Source of the DNA: Iphione sp. A-MEVVRFRX5
Lineage: Eukaryota
Assembly: GCA_976226885.1 (NCBI GenBank)
Contig: OZ320318.1
Location: forward strand, 60,884,001 to 60,948,000
Reading direction: 5' to 3'
DNA length: 64,000 nt
Below the pieces are notes generated by a model. That model had not been told where the DNA came from. It did not search any database and saw only the letters and a program-made list of their open reading frames with translations. A program made the position numbers and the translations under genes. Below, in pieces: positions 46,501-58,739 of the stretch (its first letter is position 1; each line of letters opens with the position of its first letter).

Positions 46501-49500
46501 TACCCACTACAGCAGCAGAGGCTAGTACCCTAACTGCCTTCAAGGGCCAGCTGCCAGTACAGCTCAACTAATTGAGCCATAACTCCATTGGCGTAGATGA
46601 GTCATGCTCCATGTCAGTTACCAACTAAAACTAGAACCTTTCCCTCCATGTATTTTTCTGCTATTACTTCCACATGTTTCTGTTGTGTTCTTAGTGTAAG
46701 GATCTTCATTAATATTGTTGTATGGATGTATGTCTCAGGATAAACATGTATTGATAGCAACTTACAATGTTAAGGGATTGGGAGGAGCCATTAAACATAA
46801 AGCAGTTCTAGATGCTTTCACTGCCTCTAAATAACTACAATACAGGAGACTCATAATTCTAATTCAACATATGAATTTGGATCGACTCAGTTACCTGGTG
46901 GTATGCCTCTCACTGCACCACTCAGTCTGATAGTGAAGCATTGTTATTTTCTTGTAATTTGCATTACAAAATATTACTAGGAAAAGCTGATAATAATGGT
47001 TATTATTAGCGGGATCTCAAAGGAATAGATCAGGAGAAGGCATTAGTCACTATATTTATATTAAAATTAGATCTAAATATCTTGAGATCTCTGAAGTGGT
47101 GGAGTAAGACTGGTTTATGTAATAAGTTCGATTCAGTATATACATATACATGGACTCTCTACTCTCATAGTAACTGACATACCTACATATGGAGTAAACG
47201 AGTTAACTGTGAATATAACACCATGTAGCTCTTTTTACCGCAGTCTCGAGTATATATCGACAGCAGGCCTCTCAAAACCTTGTGTGAGAAGTACATACAT
47301 GCATCTTTTGTGTGGGCTGTCCATCTGTGCAAGTTTAGTACTCCTGTGCCTCAAAAGGAAAGGAATGCCAAACGATTGGGCCTCCAAACAACTGTGCCCA
47401 CAGTTTCAGACAATTGGGTCCACAGATTTAACGCAAATTGGTGATGGTTTCATGCCTAAGAAAGGTAGGAAAGTGTTGTTTCACTTCTTGCTTTTGTAAT
47501 TCATGTGTTTGATTGGAAAAATTAAAAAGAAAATGAAAAAGATTGAAAAAATGTTGAAACGTTAAATGTAATAAACGTACTGTAAAATAATCACCAGATG
47601 GAACAATTCACGAATACATGCAATACACTATGACACACAAAACATCATACACAGCTTCAAATCAGACATCATGCATCAATGGAAGAACAATAATATTAAC
47701 CTCATTTAAAATTACAGGCATACGGTACATGGTATATGGCATAGATTAAATATTTTATGTTGGTACATTTCTTACTATTATTGGCCTGGCTAGAATAGTT
47801 AGATCCCTATAGAAGGTTTAAGCATTGTTGCTGCTCTCCAGTCTTACTGTACTGTATTCACAGCCCCGGTTGTAAACCAGCCATTATTATGGTTGGGAAA
47901 TGGGCAGCAACATTACATGCACAATATGTAGGTGGGCTCAGAATACTTCATTACTAAAGCAATATATCGCAGACAAGAATAATAGGACATTGTACAAAAA
48001 CCAGTGCGTTTGAAAGGAAAATTAGAGTAGGAGGCAACCCTGGGTATCCTGGTCTTTTAGTTCACAATAATAGATGGTAGCATGCTGTCCCAGGAGGATA
48101 TGGAAGAATAGTTAATAAAAGCTGAATATCTAGTGCCTGGTTAAATATAGGGAAAAAAGTGCTGTGGGCTGGAGATGTTAGCACTAAATGTAGTGGGACT
48201 CTTGACTGGGCCAGTTAACTTGGCCAGGAGGGTTGGTACTAAAGCTGTGATGGAGTTTTCATTAAAATTCTCTAGGAAATAATGAATATACATACATCTA
48301 GTATACACAATTGTCTTCCTCATAACCCCAGCTTTTGAATGCATTTTGTTGGTTCCAAATGAAACCATTATTGGTGAAACAGTGAGTACTACTGTCACTA
48401 CTTAAAGTACAGGCCCAGTCGTCTGGAATTGTGGGCTCAGTTATCCAGGCCCAATTGTTTGTGGGCCCAATCATCTGGTACCAATGAAAGTGCACACATC
48501 CGACCTGCTAGAGAATAAATCCGTGAAAGTGTATGAGACACTGAGACTACAGAGCAATTCCTTCAAGGGATACATAGGGCTGTAATAGACAGTTGGTATA
48601 CTAAACATGACAAAGAGACAATGTCAGTTTGGTCCAGCCAAAAGCATTGGAGGTTTACTTTATGCTTTTGTGCATGTCAAGTTTGTCACGGAATTTAAGC
48701 TCCATTTTCGAGCTGATGCAGCGAGAAAGGAAAAAAATTAATTATAAAGCTTGTGGCCCTCGCAGAAAGAGTCATTCCAGCTGTTACACTCTGAAGCTGC
48801 AGTGTTTAGATACGGATTGTGTGTATCTATGCTGTATCTGCTTTGAAAATCAATGAACTGCATTTACGAACTCTACATTTTCAAACGTTCTGTGCATCCA
48901 ATCAGCCTGCGATGAACCAATTAGTTTGCTAGTGTTGATATACTAACTAAACTTTCCTGTTTCTGAACATGAACTGAGACAGGTCGGTCAATTTTGTATA
49001 AAAAAAAAATAATACTCAGGAACCAAGCAAAGAAAATGCCTTCCCATGTCTGTTTACTCATTTCGCGTTGGTTTCAACTCTGAATAACCTAGGCAAGCGA
49101 GCAAGACATAATATGGCCTCACTGGTGGCGGAAGTGCGAACACATGGAGGGTGGAGTGTCATCCCCTCTGGGGCAAAACTGAGTATTTTAGTAACCCCTT
49201 TCATATGGTGGATCAAAGAGAACGTGTATTTGTTTCATGTTGAGCGCATGTTCAGCTATACTAAAAGAATGCATTATTGAACTTCACCTGTAATAAGAAA
49301 ATGTATTTACGCACCATTCGTCCTCAGAGGGTTTTTTGTTTTTCTACCTTTGGTCCCCACAGGTAACTATAAATTCAACTACAGTGGAACGTCATCTGAG
49401 GAACATGTCTGGGATCAGGCATGTCTCATATAGGGACACTTCGGGAGAAAACCAAAATATTTCCTATATATAATCTAGATAAGGAGAACATCTGTAAACG

Positions 49501-49697
49501 AGACAGTAAAATTACCAGCATGTCACCTTGGGGGCACCCTCAAGTGTGATAAGTGGTTTGAGAAGTGCTTTCTTTAGGTTTCCTTTTAAGGGAAGACCAG
49601 AGAGGTGTAAGAAACCAACTAATTTGTGCCTCCCCATCCTTATCTCTCCCGACATAGTCTCCTTCCTTTTGAAGTGAGGTGTGAGAAAATGACTTTG

Positions 49698-49747
<50 letters not shown>

Positions 49748-52700
49748 CTCGGTCTTTCTCCTTTGAAGTGAACTCCAGAATAGGGAATAGCCTTCGTACA
49801 TCTCAATCTAAGTTTTACTGCTCATTTGTAGTGAACACATCTTACTTTGACATAAAGTGGCCTTGGGTCACAATATTTCGGATTGGAACACGTCTCAAAT
49901 TAGGACACCTTTTGGGAAGAATCAAGGGTGTCCCAATTAGAGATGTTCCACTGTATGTGTTTCTGAACATTCTATACTCACTTCTGATCTTGGCTATTGA
50001 CAGGCTCTTGGTTTTGATTTTGTTAATTCCAACGGCAATGTACCACCATGCTCTTTTTGAAATCATGCAGTTTTTATCCCACATATCATCTTCGGCATTC
50101 TTTTTACACGATACAGTCAACAAGGTTGAACATCTGGCACATTCACCTCATTGCTATTAGATATGTTCATGCGTTGTTTGAAGTGACCTGTCTGATTAAT
50201 GAACATAAAGTGGCAGTCTGTCCATTGGCACAAGGTTCCTCATACCACACAACAGCATAGGCAGAGTGTACTGTGAGGAAACAAGTGCCAATGGATAGAT
50301 TCACCACTAAAGTGTTGTCCCGTCTTTATTCCCCACCTGATTATGCATATATTTTATAGAACCATACCAATTTGGATTGGTTTCTATTGATTATGCATCT
50401 ATTTTAACTTGCAAACAACATGTTGTACTGAGAACACCATCTTAAACTAGTCTAATTGGCATGTCTGATGCACCCAAACCCTATGTCTAACTGTGATATT
50501 GTTGTGCAGAGATGTGTACTCCACCCCAAGGTTGTGATTCTGCACAGGTTTATACTCCACCACCTTATGACTTTTTGTATAAGAACTGGGTGTGCAGAGC
50601 ATTCAGTTTAGTTCATGTTGGTCTATTGAATAAACCACACCTCTGTATATCAGACGTTTTATTATTCCATAATGATAAGATTGAGATGTAACAATTTTTT
50701 TGTTAAAAAGTCTACATACTTAGAAGTAGATTTTGTTTTATATGACAGAATTTATGATAAAGAAATAGGTGAGACTACCTTTAGATCAAGTGCTTACATC
50801 TAAACTCTTCTTAGTTTCATTTTGCAAGCCTAAGATTCTCAAAGGAATATGTACTAACACCCCTATTATCACCTGTTATTCACTTCTATAGTATTTTTGC
50901 AAAGTACACAATTTTACGAGAGATTTAAATTTTCTTCTCAGATATTTTTCTTTTGTTAATTGATTGATAAATGAATTACAGATTAAAGATTTAATTGTCA
51001 CAGTATAAATACACATGGAATGAGCTTTGACAACCCTTTGTTTGACCAGGAAACAGAAGTGTTGCATACCATGTACTGCTACATGCTGGGATAGCACTGG
51101 ATTGGTCCATAAGTAACCCAGTGAGCATGCACAATGTACAAAAACTTTGTTGACCTAATTTTTGATGGGTATGATGCTCTGAACTAAAAGTCTTCCAATA
51201 AATTAAAATATGTCTAAATAGCTTCCACACACATCACAAAGCTGTGTATATGTTAAATTTAAGTAGCTTTCATCTTAGTTTCACTTAAAATGATCTATTC
51301 TCACAGAATTTCATTGATCAAAAGATGAGTCAACACCATCCCGCTATTTTGTTTTGGAAAAATGAGAACGGCCTTCACCTTTGTCCCCATACAACAGTCT
51401 CATGCAGTATTTGTCTACAGAAATGCATGCTATGAGAGGGCAGTATTGTCATGTGTGCTCCCTACTCTGTCTAATACAATGTGTGATTATGACAAAGATG
51501 GTAGTGTATGTAACCAATCATAGTTATTCCATTGTTGCCTAGTAAGATGAGTATGATATCTATGCAGTAAGATTCTTTTATGAGTGAAGTATACATGTAC
51601 TACATAGATCTTAGCATATCAAATACAAGTTTTATACAGTCGAAACCCTATTTGCGACCACATCAAATTGCAACCATTCTCTGAGGGGGGAACCAAAGTG
51701 TTGATTTGTATACATTTGATACCCTATTTGTGACCAAATTCGCCAGTGCGACCATCTGAGCTTGGTGCAGAGGGGTGGTCGCAAATAGGGTTTGTACTGT
51801 ACTGCCTATCTAGTATTCTATACATAAAGATTCTAATTTGTACTGATGATACATGTTATTACTATCAGTGCTTTTTGCGACAAAATCTCTGTTAGGCAGA
51901 TTACAAAATCTGAAGTAACAATTCATACTCTGTGTAAGGATCTACCATTTCAATATGAGTCAAAATAATTATTTTATTGCACTACAAATGATGGTTCTTT
52001 CTTTTTAAACTTGGTTTTCATATCTAATTTAAATTAACAGTTTCATTGTCTCTATGCAAAGCTTTAGCACTATTCCACACTTAGAGTCAGTAGTGGAAGT
52101 ATAACGACATATCAGATGTACTGTTTGTTACATTTCTGTGATAGCTGTGATAGCCTTCACAAATTAAGGAGTGACTTCGTACATCTGTAAACTGTATGTT
52201 TAGACTGAATTCAGACATTTACTTAATTTCGTTGCATATAAAATAAGGGTGCAGTTATACTTTCACTGTCCGCTTTATACTGTTTTCAAAAGAGGTGTTC
52301 ATCATTTCAGCTGATGATGCTGGATTTGAGACGAGTGTTTATAACCACTCAGTATGCCTCACTCCTCACATGAAGTCTCTTGGGGACCGCAGCTTGATCT
52401 TTACCCGGGCATTCACGTCTGTCAGCAGCTGTTCACCAAGCAGGTGGGTGTAAATTAAAACTCAGAAATGTCTATAAATATAAGTTTGTGAGCACTCCTT
52501 ATTTAGGGCCACGGCCACAAATTTGCTTACCTAGTATGAATGGTTTTCACGTAAATTATTTACATCATAGTAATATGAAAAATGGATATCATAATGATAA
52601 TTATTTTCCAAGATCATATATTTTACTTACATACATTGTTTTAATGTTTATTTCCAATACTACACGTTATTATAGTTAAATCAGTACGAATTTTGTTATA

Positions 52701-54324
52701 CCTGTAGAAAGAGGGTACATACATATTGTCTAAAGGTTACATTACAAAAGGCCTCACAATACTGGTGTAATTGATACGATAGGTTTCCAAATGTAAATTT
52801 ATAGAAATTCAAGTTTGTTTCCATTATCTAACCAATTGTGCTTTATGCCAAAACTACTAGGAACTGCATAAAGTTAGGGCATAAAGTTAGGGTAGAAACC
52901 TCTTCTATTCTGGCTGGTTGGACGCATAGAAATTAATATATGTATAGAAAAATCATTATAGAATAATGGCGTAATCACATCATGGGATCATCTTCATATA
53001 AGGTTGTTGCAGGCTACCCCAGATGTGACCATGATCATGTGTCACCACATGTGTGTCTGTATATAGCTGTCTGCTTATGCCCACCTGAGAGATAGACACA
53101 CAGACACACACACACACAGAGACGAAGACACACAGAGAGAGACAGAGTATGGGGTAGTAAGAGGGAATGACAGATAGTTCATCAACTTTCTCACATACAT
53201 GCACTGACATAAATATGTGTACACATCAGCAAATATACTTGCACATGTACGCACAGCAACGCACACGCACATCGACGCAGGTATGGAAACACTCTCTCTG
53301 ATAGCTTATATACCTATAATGACATAATTCACCGCAAAGAAATGCACACGCATAGCGCCGCATGTATGGAAACCGGGCCTATGGACGACTGCCTCGAGTC
53401 GGCGACGTGGACACCGTGGACGCCCCTTCTGCCCCAGCCCTCATTATGTCCAGGAGACCAGCATGCAGAGCAGCCATGAAACACTCGAAAAAGATGGGCA
53501 CGGTACTCAGGACAAAGCTCATTATCCTACGTTACTCTATGAGGAAAAAGCTGCGCTTTTTCCGGTGCACGTTTTGGCCATCGCGCATTCCATATTGGAT
53601 AGCGAGCGGATTTATCCTAATGCTGTTCTCTCGCTTTGGAATAGTGGAGCCTGTCTGACTGAAACATCCAAATTTGGCGACAGGTTGTCTACCTCATGGT
53701 CAGGATGGATGGCTGCCGTATAGGTGCTATGAACCTTTGTCCTTGTATGTCACTTACAGACATAATGTTGCTGCTTATTCTTTCAAGAAGCGGGCATGCT
53801 TGTGACTCGCAATCAAGCACAGAATTGTGCTATTCACTTGTTGTTATGCGAAAAGGCGGATTTGCTTATTGTTCACTTTTCATCAATGAAAAACCAGAGT
53901 TCCATAAACAATCTGCCACGTTGGCCTGGTCTGCACTTGGAAGGACTTCAGTTTGTCCGCCTTCTACAATTAAGTTATTGAGGAAATATTTCAGTATTAC
54001 CAGTTAGGAAGATTCCATTTTTTCCTCCTGAATATTTGTAGTGTTCAAGAACCAGGGGTTTACATCAAGGCTCATATCTACTTCATCCCTGAGAAATATT
54101 CCTTTCCAATAGATACTACCTTCAAACTGATCAAACTGAAAACTATACATATGTATCTGTATCACTATTAGTTTCGAAAGTACGAATATCGTCAGAAATA
54201 TTTCAAAATCCCTCCTTGATAATTCATCTGTGGGAGCTACTGGTTGGAAGGCAGTCAGTTTCTCTGTGATAATGTTATGTCGCGTATATGGCCTATCCTT
54301 GCCACCGAAGATTATGGTAGTAAA

Positions 54325-54390
<66 letters not shown>

Positions 54391-55559
54391 TCACTCACTC
54401 ATTCTCTCACTCACTCAGTCGTGTATTGCTGTTTCCAGATCAACAATACTAACCGGACTTCCACAGCATCAGAATGGCATGTATGGTCTTCACCAAGACG
54501 TACATCACTTCAATTCTTTTGATGGAGTGAGGAGTTTACCGAAATTATTACAGGAAAATAACATTCGCACGGGTAGGTATTGATTATAACTATTGATGAC
54601 TTTACTCGAATTATACAAAAAACATCCATATATGTACACACACACATTCACACAACATAAATAGTTCTCATGAAATGTATGTAGCTGGTGGATTACAAGG
54701 TGGTGCACATTTTAATCATTCATATAGATGCATTGAGTAATTATCTCACCTGTAAGATGTTTATTGTGCCCCTTAATGACAGTAGGTGGGAAACTGTCGA
54801 TTAAACCATTTTGTCCGTTCTGTACTTTGCCAGTGCCAGTAGTCTTTGCGATTTGCGGCCTGAGACCGTTACTGGTCATCTCTGGAAAAGAAATGTTTAG
54901 TTCAGTATATGATGAGTGAAAAAACGAAGATCAGTAATATCTAGGGAATCTTCCAATTATATTGGTAATCCCTAATTTACCGACTAAAGCAGTAATCCTC
55001 AGGGGCCTCAATCTTCTGGTCTAGCGATTCATATTAGTAATCTCCAAGGCCCTTAGTTATCTACTAAAATCGTTAATCCCTAATCAACCTCCTGATCGAG
55101 CAATCTATGTCAGTAGTCTTCAGAACCCTCAACTGTCAAAGCTACCGACTATAATCGGTAATCACTGAGAGCTTCAACCTTCTGGACCAAGCCAGGGGAG
55201 AACTATCCGCACGTTGTTCATCTCTAGTTTAATCTATGTCATAAATATCCCAAGCTATATCATTTTGTCAGAGCTGCTGCTTTACTACTTCTGCACTTCC
55301 ATATATGTATGTGTACATACGTATTCGTTCTCATTCATTCTGTTCTTTTTATTTCGTCTCTGTCACTGTCCTCCCGGCTTTATGCACATTGTGGACACTT
55401 AATGGCAGGCATCATCGGCAAAAAGCACGTTGGACCAGAGACAGTGTATCCGTTTGATTTCGCCCACACGGAAGAAACGGAATCAATCCTTCAGGTCGGA
55501 AGGAATATCAGCCGGATACGAGACTTGGTGCGGGAATTTCTAACGCAGAATGATTCCAG
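40502..55559 (+). CDS. SGSH: N-sulfoglucosamine sulfohydrolase (sulfamidase), spliced and 3'-partial: join of 40502-40595, 52311-52443, 54439-54572, 55409-55559
   Basis: Translation: [43 protein letters not shown]...[46 protein letters not shown]...[25 protein letters not shown]...[17 protein letters not shown]. It has a signal-peptide-like N-terminus, the sulfatase formylglycine motif CSPSR and SGSH-typical stretches. Splice phases are consistent. Later exons were not found in the window. Confidence 0.96.
41090..43925 (+). mobile_element. 5'-truncated RTE-X-like LINE (ORF2 pseudogene) in SGSH intron 1
   Basis: [101 protein letters not shown]. Interrupted by stops and frameshifts; aataaa and a short-repeat tail near 43905-43925. 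The clade assignment is from motif recall. Confidence 0.88.
46020..46075 (+). ncRNA. Minimal type-I hammerhead ribozyme motif (Penelope type), possibly degenerate
   Basis: CTGAAGA(46029-35)-a-gggtc[gagtata]gaccc-GAAA-gct-C(46061). Stem II is perfect, stem III is the self-complementary AGCT, stem I is weak. Confidence 0.55.
46150..46570 (+). mobile_element. Internally deleted LINE RT and 3' end fragment
   Basis: [17 protein letters not shown]..[14 protein letters not shown] and [30 protein letters not shown]. Confidence 0.75.
49382..49953. mobile_element. pogo/Tigger-like MITE containing a (CT)n tract
   Basis: TA|cagtggaacgtc...gatgttccactg|TA. Confidence 0.7.
51637..51799. mobile_element. 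pogo/Tigger-like MITE
   Basis: TA|cagtcgaaaccctatttgcgaccac...gtggtcgcaaatagggtttgtactg|TA (23/25 TIR). Confidence 0.85.
52311..52443 (+). CDS. SGSH: SGSH exon 2 (DDAGFE...SSCSPS-R)
   Basis: Acceptor atcatttcag, donor gtgggt, 133 nt. Confidence 0.96.
53200..53379. mobile_element. Partial Harbinger-like MITE end
   Basis: gcacacgcac-rich subterminal sequence ending gtatggaaaccgggcc, resembling the TIR at 23833-23848; no partner TIR found. Confidence 0.5.
54327..54387. repeat. (CT)n microsatellite about 50 bp upstream of the SGSH exon 3 acceptor
   Basis: Direct read. Confidence 0.95.
54439..54572 (+). CDS. SGSH: SGSH exon 3 ([19 protein letters not shown]...NIRT-G)
   Basis: Acceptor gtttccag, donor gtaggt, 134 nt. 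Confidence 0.96.
55409..55559 (+). CDS. SGSH: SGSH exon 4 ([17 protein letters not shown]...QNDS-R)
   Basis: Acceptor aatggcag, donor gtatgc, 151 nt. Confidence 0.95.
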
Positions 55560-55748
55560 GTATGCATGTTCGTAATCAGTTTTACCACCTTATCTATGTT
55601 TCCGAAACATCATTTGAAAACTTTGCATACGGTGAAAATGTAGTTTCCTGGTTTATAGAAGGAAAACAATTCATGTGATCTCTCTGTCTAGCTGTCTGTC
55701 CGTCTCTCTCTGTCTCCTACGCTCTCTGTCTATCTGTCTTTGTCTCTG

Positions 55749-55784
<36 letters not shown>

Positions 55785-58739
55785 TCTCTCATTATTCTAA
55801 TGCATGCTGAAAACCTAAGTCTACACATTGCGTTAACCATGTACATCAGTGGTTTCAATGGGACTCGTGCCTGACTCTAACGGATAACTTTGGATTTCTT
55901 TCAATTAGAGCATGATTTAAAGGCAGCACACGGTGTGTGACTTATTGTGAGTACATATATACTAATACCTTCTCCACCTGACACGAACATTCAGTGCGAA
56001 CACTTGTGTCAGCTTTTGATAGCTTGGCAGGATATCACACCATTGGCCTGCTGCCACTTCACCCAGAGCCTGACTCTCACTCATGTGATTATCCAATTTG
56101 CCAGAAGGTTTTGTTTTTGTTTATTTTCGGTTTGAACTCTTTACGCTGCTCAGTTTTTTTCATGTCCATAGACTATGATAGAAGCCTACGTGAACTTAGC
56201 ATCGTTCACACAGACGGTTTGCCAGAAACTGACAACCCCCAATTCATCACAAATGGCAAACTTGACACTTATTTGTATACTCAAATATCTATGCCAAAGG
56301 GTGTGTCTCGGAACGCATTTTGATTCATGATCATTTCATATATTTATTTGCTCAAATGACGACACCACGACTGAATCACAGTCTCCATTACTGAAATGGA
56401 ACGATAAATCAGGCGTGAATTGCTTAGGCCCAACGACCATTATAACATACCAATTCATCCTAACCTCCACATAGTGAATATTCACCAGCAATATATTCAT
56501 GTGTATATATATATCTGGGCAGTGATCATGCCCTTTCCCCTATGTAACTTATATGCGATTGCCTTAATCTTGTGCAATTAGTTGTGACAAAGTGGACATG
56601 GAGGTGGTACCTGTATGGCATATCAGAATTTATCGTCACGACCTTAAGGTACCGGACTAATTTGAAGTAAACAAATTATGCATTTGTTTTTTACCTTTTC
56701 AACCGACATCAAAGCCTTATCACAATGGGATCGTTCCGTAATGCTAGATGATTCCTAGATTGATCATATGACGATGTTAGGTACTATTGATTTGGTAAAG
56801 AGGTCGTCAAAAATAATTGACGTAGAAATTTTTACTTTTATTAAAGTCCGATTATATACCCATGAATAACATTGTGCTGTAGCCCTCCAGGCCAATAAGC
56901 CTGTAGGCGGAAATTCCTACCAGACAAAAGGTTACGACAAGTGACATTTTTGTAATCAGTTGATATCCTTTTTCTTTCCTGATGTGAAGGGATTGTCTCG
57001 TGCATANNNNNNNNNNNNNNNNNNNNNNNNNNNNNNNNNNNNNNNNNNNNNNNNNNNNNNNNNNNNNNNNNNNNNNNNNNNNNNNNNNNNNNNNNNNNNN
57101 NNNNNNNNNNNNNNNNNNNNNNNNNNNNNNNNNNNNNNNNNNNNNNNNNNNNTGAGAAAATTATCCGTTGAACTCTGTCCCTTCCTGGTGAGAGGAGATT
57201 GTCCTATACATCCCATATATCTCGTTTTTTGTCGTTTTCNNNNNNNNNNNNNNNNNNNNNNNNNNNNNNNNNNNNNNNNNNNNNNNNNNNNNNNNNNNNN
57301 NNNNNNNNNNNNNNNNNNNNNNNNNNNNNNNNNNNNNNNNNNNNNNNNNNNNNNNNNNNNNNNNNNNNNNNNNNNNNNNNNNNNNNNNNNNNNNNNNNNN
57401 NNNAATATGAAAACTTTCCACCGCAACCCCTTTCGTTCGCACGGCAGAGGAATCCTGTTTTTGTTTTTTTTTTAATATAATCCTCACTATGCTGTTAGCC
57501 CTGTCGGGGTGAAGAGTCCATTGATGCACTACCACTGGGAGGCGATTAGGGCCACTAGTGCATTAATAATGCATTAGACATCAATTTGAAGAATAAAGAA
57601 ATTAATCAGACATATTTCTTTTTTCAAAACAGTGTTTGAAGACACCCTTTATCAAATAGGGTTTTTAAAATGTAGGAAATTTTGATTGAATACAATTTTA
57701 AAGACTCACTGATAACATAATAGAGATAATATGTTTGCCTCCAGGGCACCAGTTTGTATTTAACATTCAGCCTTTTGGCATATGTAGGAATCTATGAGTG
57801 GTGGCTTTAAAGGGTTAAACTTAAGTCTGATGTCAATGCCTTGTATGCGAATGCAACAAAGCACTTCCTTCTTGTAAATGTGTCACCGTTTTATTTGCAG
57901 GAAACCTTTCCGGTTTACCTTCTGTAGTGGCAATTTTGTGTCTGGACTCTGAAAGATGGTTATTTAATAGCAACACGCTCTTGAGTGTCAGGAGCAAACA
58001 TGTGCGAAGCATAGGATGTGAGCTCATAAATATGTGTGATAGAATTAAGTGTTATTTGGCTAAATTACTGCAATGTGATGTCCATCTAAGCACCGCTTAA
58101 ACATATTGTAGCTATAGTTCACTCAATAGGATTGCGGCATATACATGTATTGATTTTTAGAATGGTTTTCGGTGTTTGAAACATCCCAGTCATTTCCTTG
58201 CATATGCGTATTGAATAGAATCATAGGTAGGACACCCCTTTGTATTTTGAAATGTTACGGATGAGCCTCTTCAGTTGTCTAATGTCTTGAGCTTCTGGAT
58301 TACTAACCGCTGTGGGAATTTTGAGATGCTCTCCCACCACTCACATTTCTCTACTACTTGTGTGTATCCACAAAGGGTAAAACAACACATTGGAAGGACA
58401 CAATGGTGAATCGTGCAAGTTTCCTATCAGGGAATATTATTTGAATATAAAATGAGGTGATGTATTCATGTCTGGATATGATACATAACATAAGACTAAT
58501 TAGGTCGGTTATCCTCTTGATAGCAAATGCAGAATGAACCACATTGAAGTATGTAAACCATCCAGTTTGGGAATTTCTGTGAATGTCACAGGTTATCCAC
58601 GTAACATCTTAATGACCTCAGTAGACTGACATTTGCAGTAGATTTGCATTTTTCCCCTTCTCCAGCCAGCCCGGGCAAACACACTGTTGACATTGTCAAA
58701 AACTGCAAAGTCCCTTCTGCTAAACTTATTCTGTAGTGG

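Noticed and set aside
55994-56323. 109-aa ORF downstream of SGSH exon 4 as the next SGSH exon
   Set aside because: The expected PFFLY..FHDPHRC sequence is absent; the next exon is probably beyond the window or in an N gap.
57494-57818. Possible piggyBac-like MITE (ttagccct...agggttaa)
   Set aside because: The left TIR and TSD are too degenerate to support a call.
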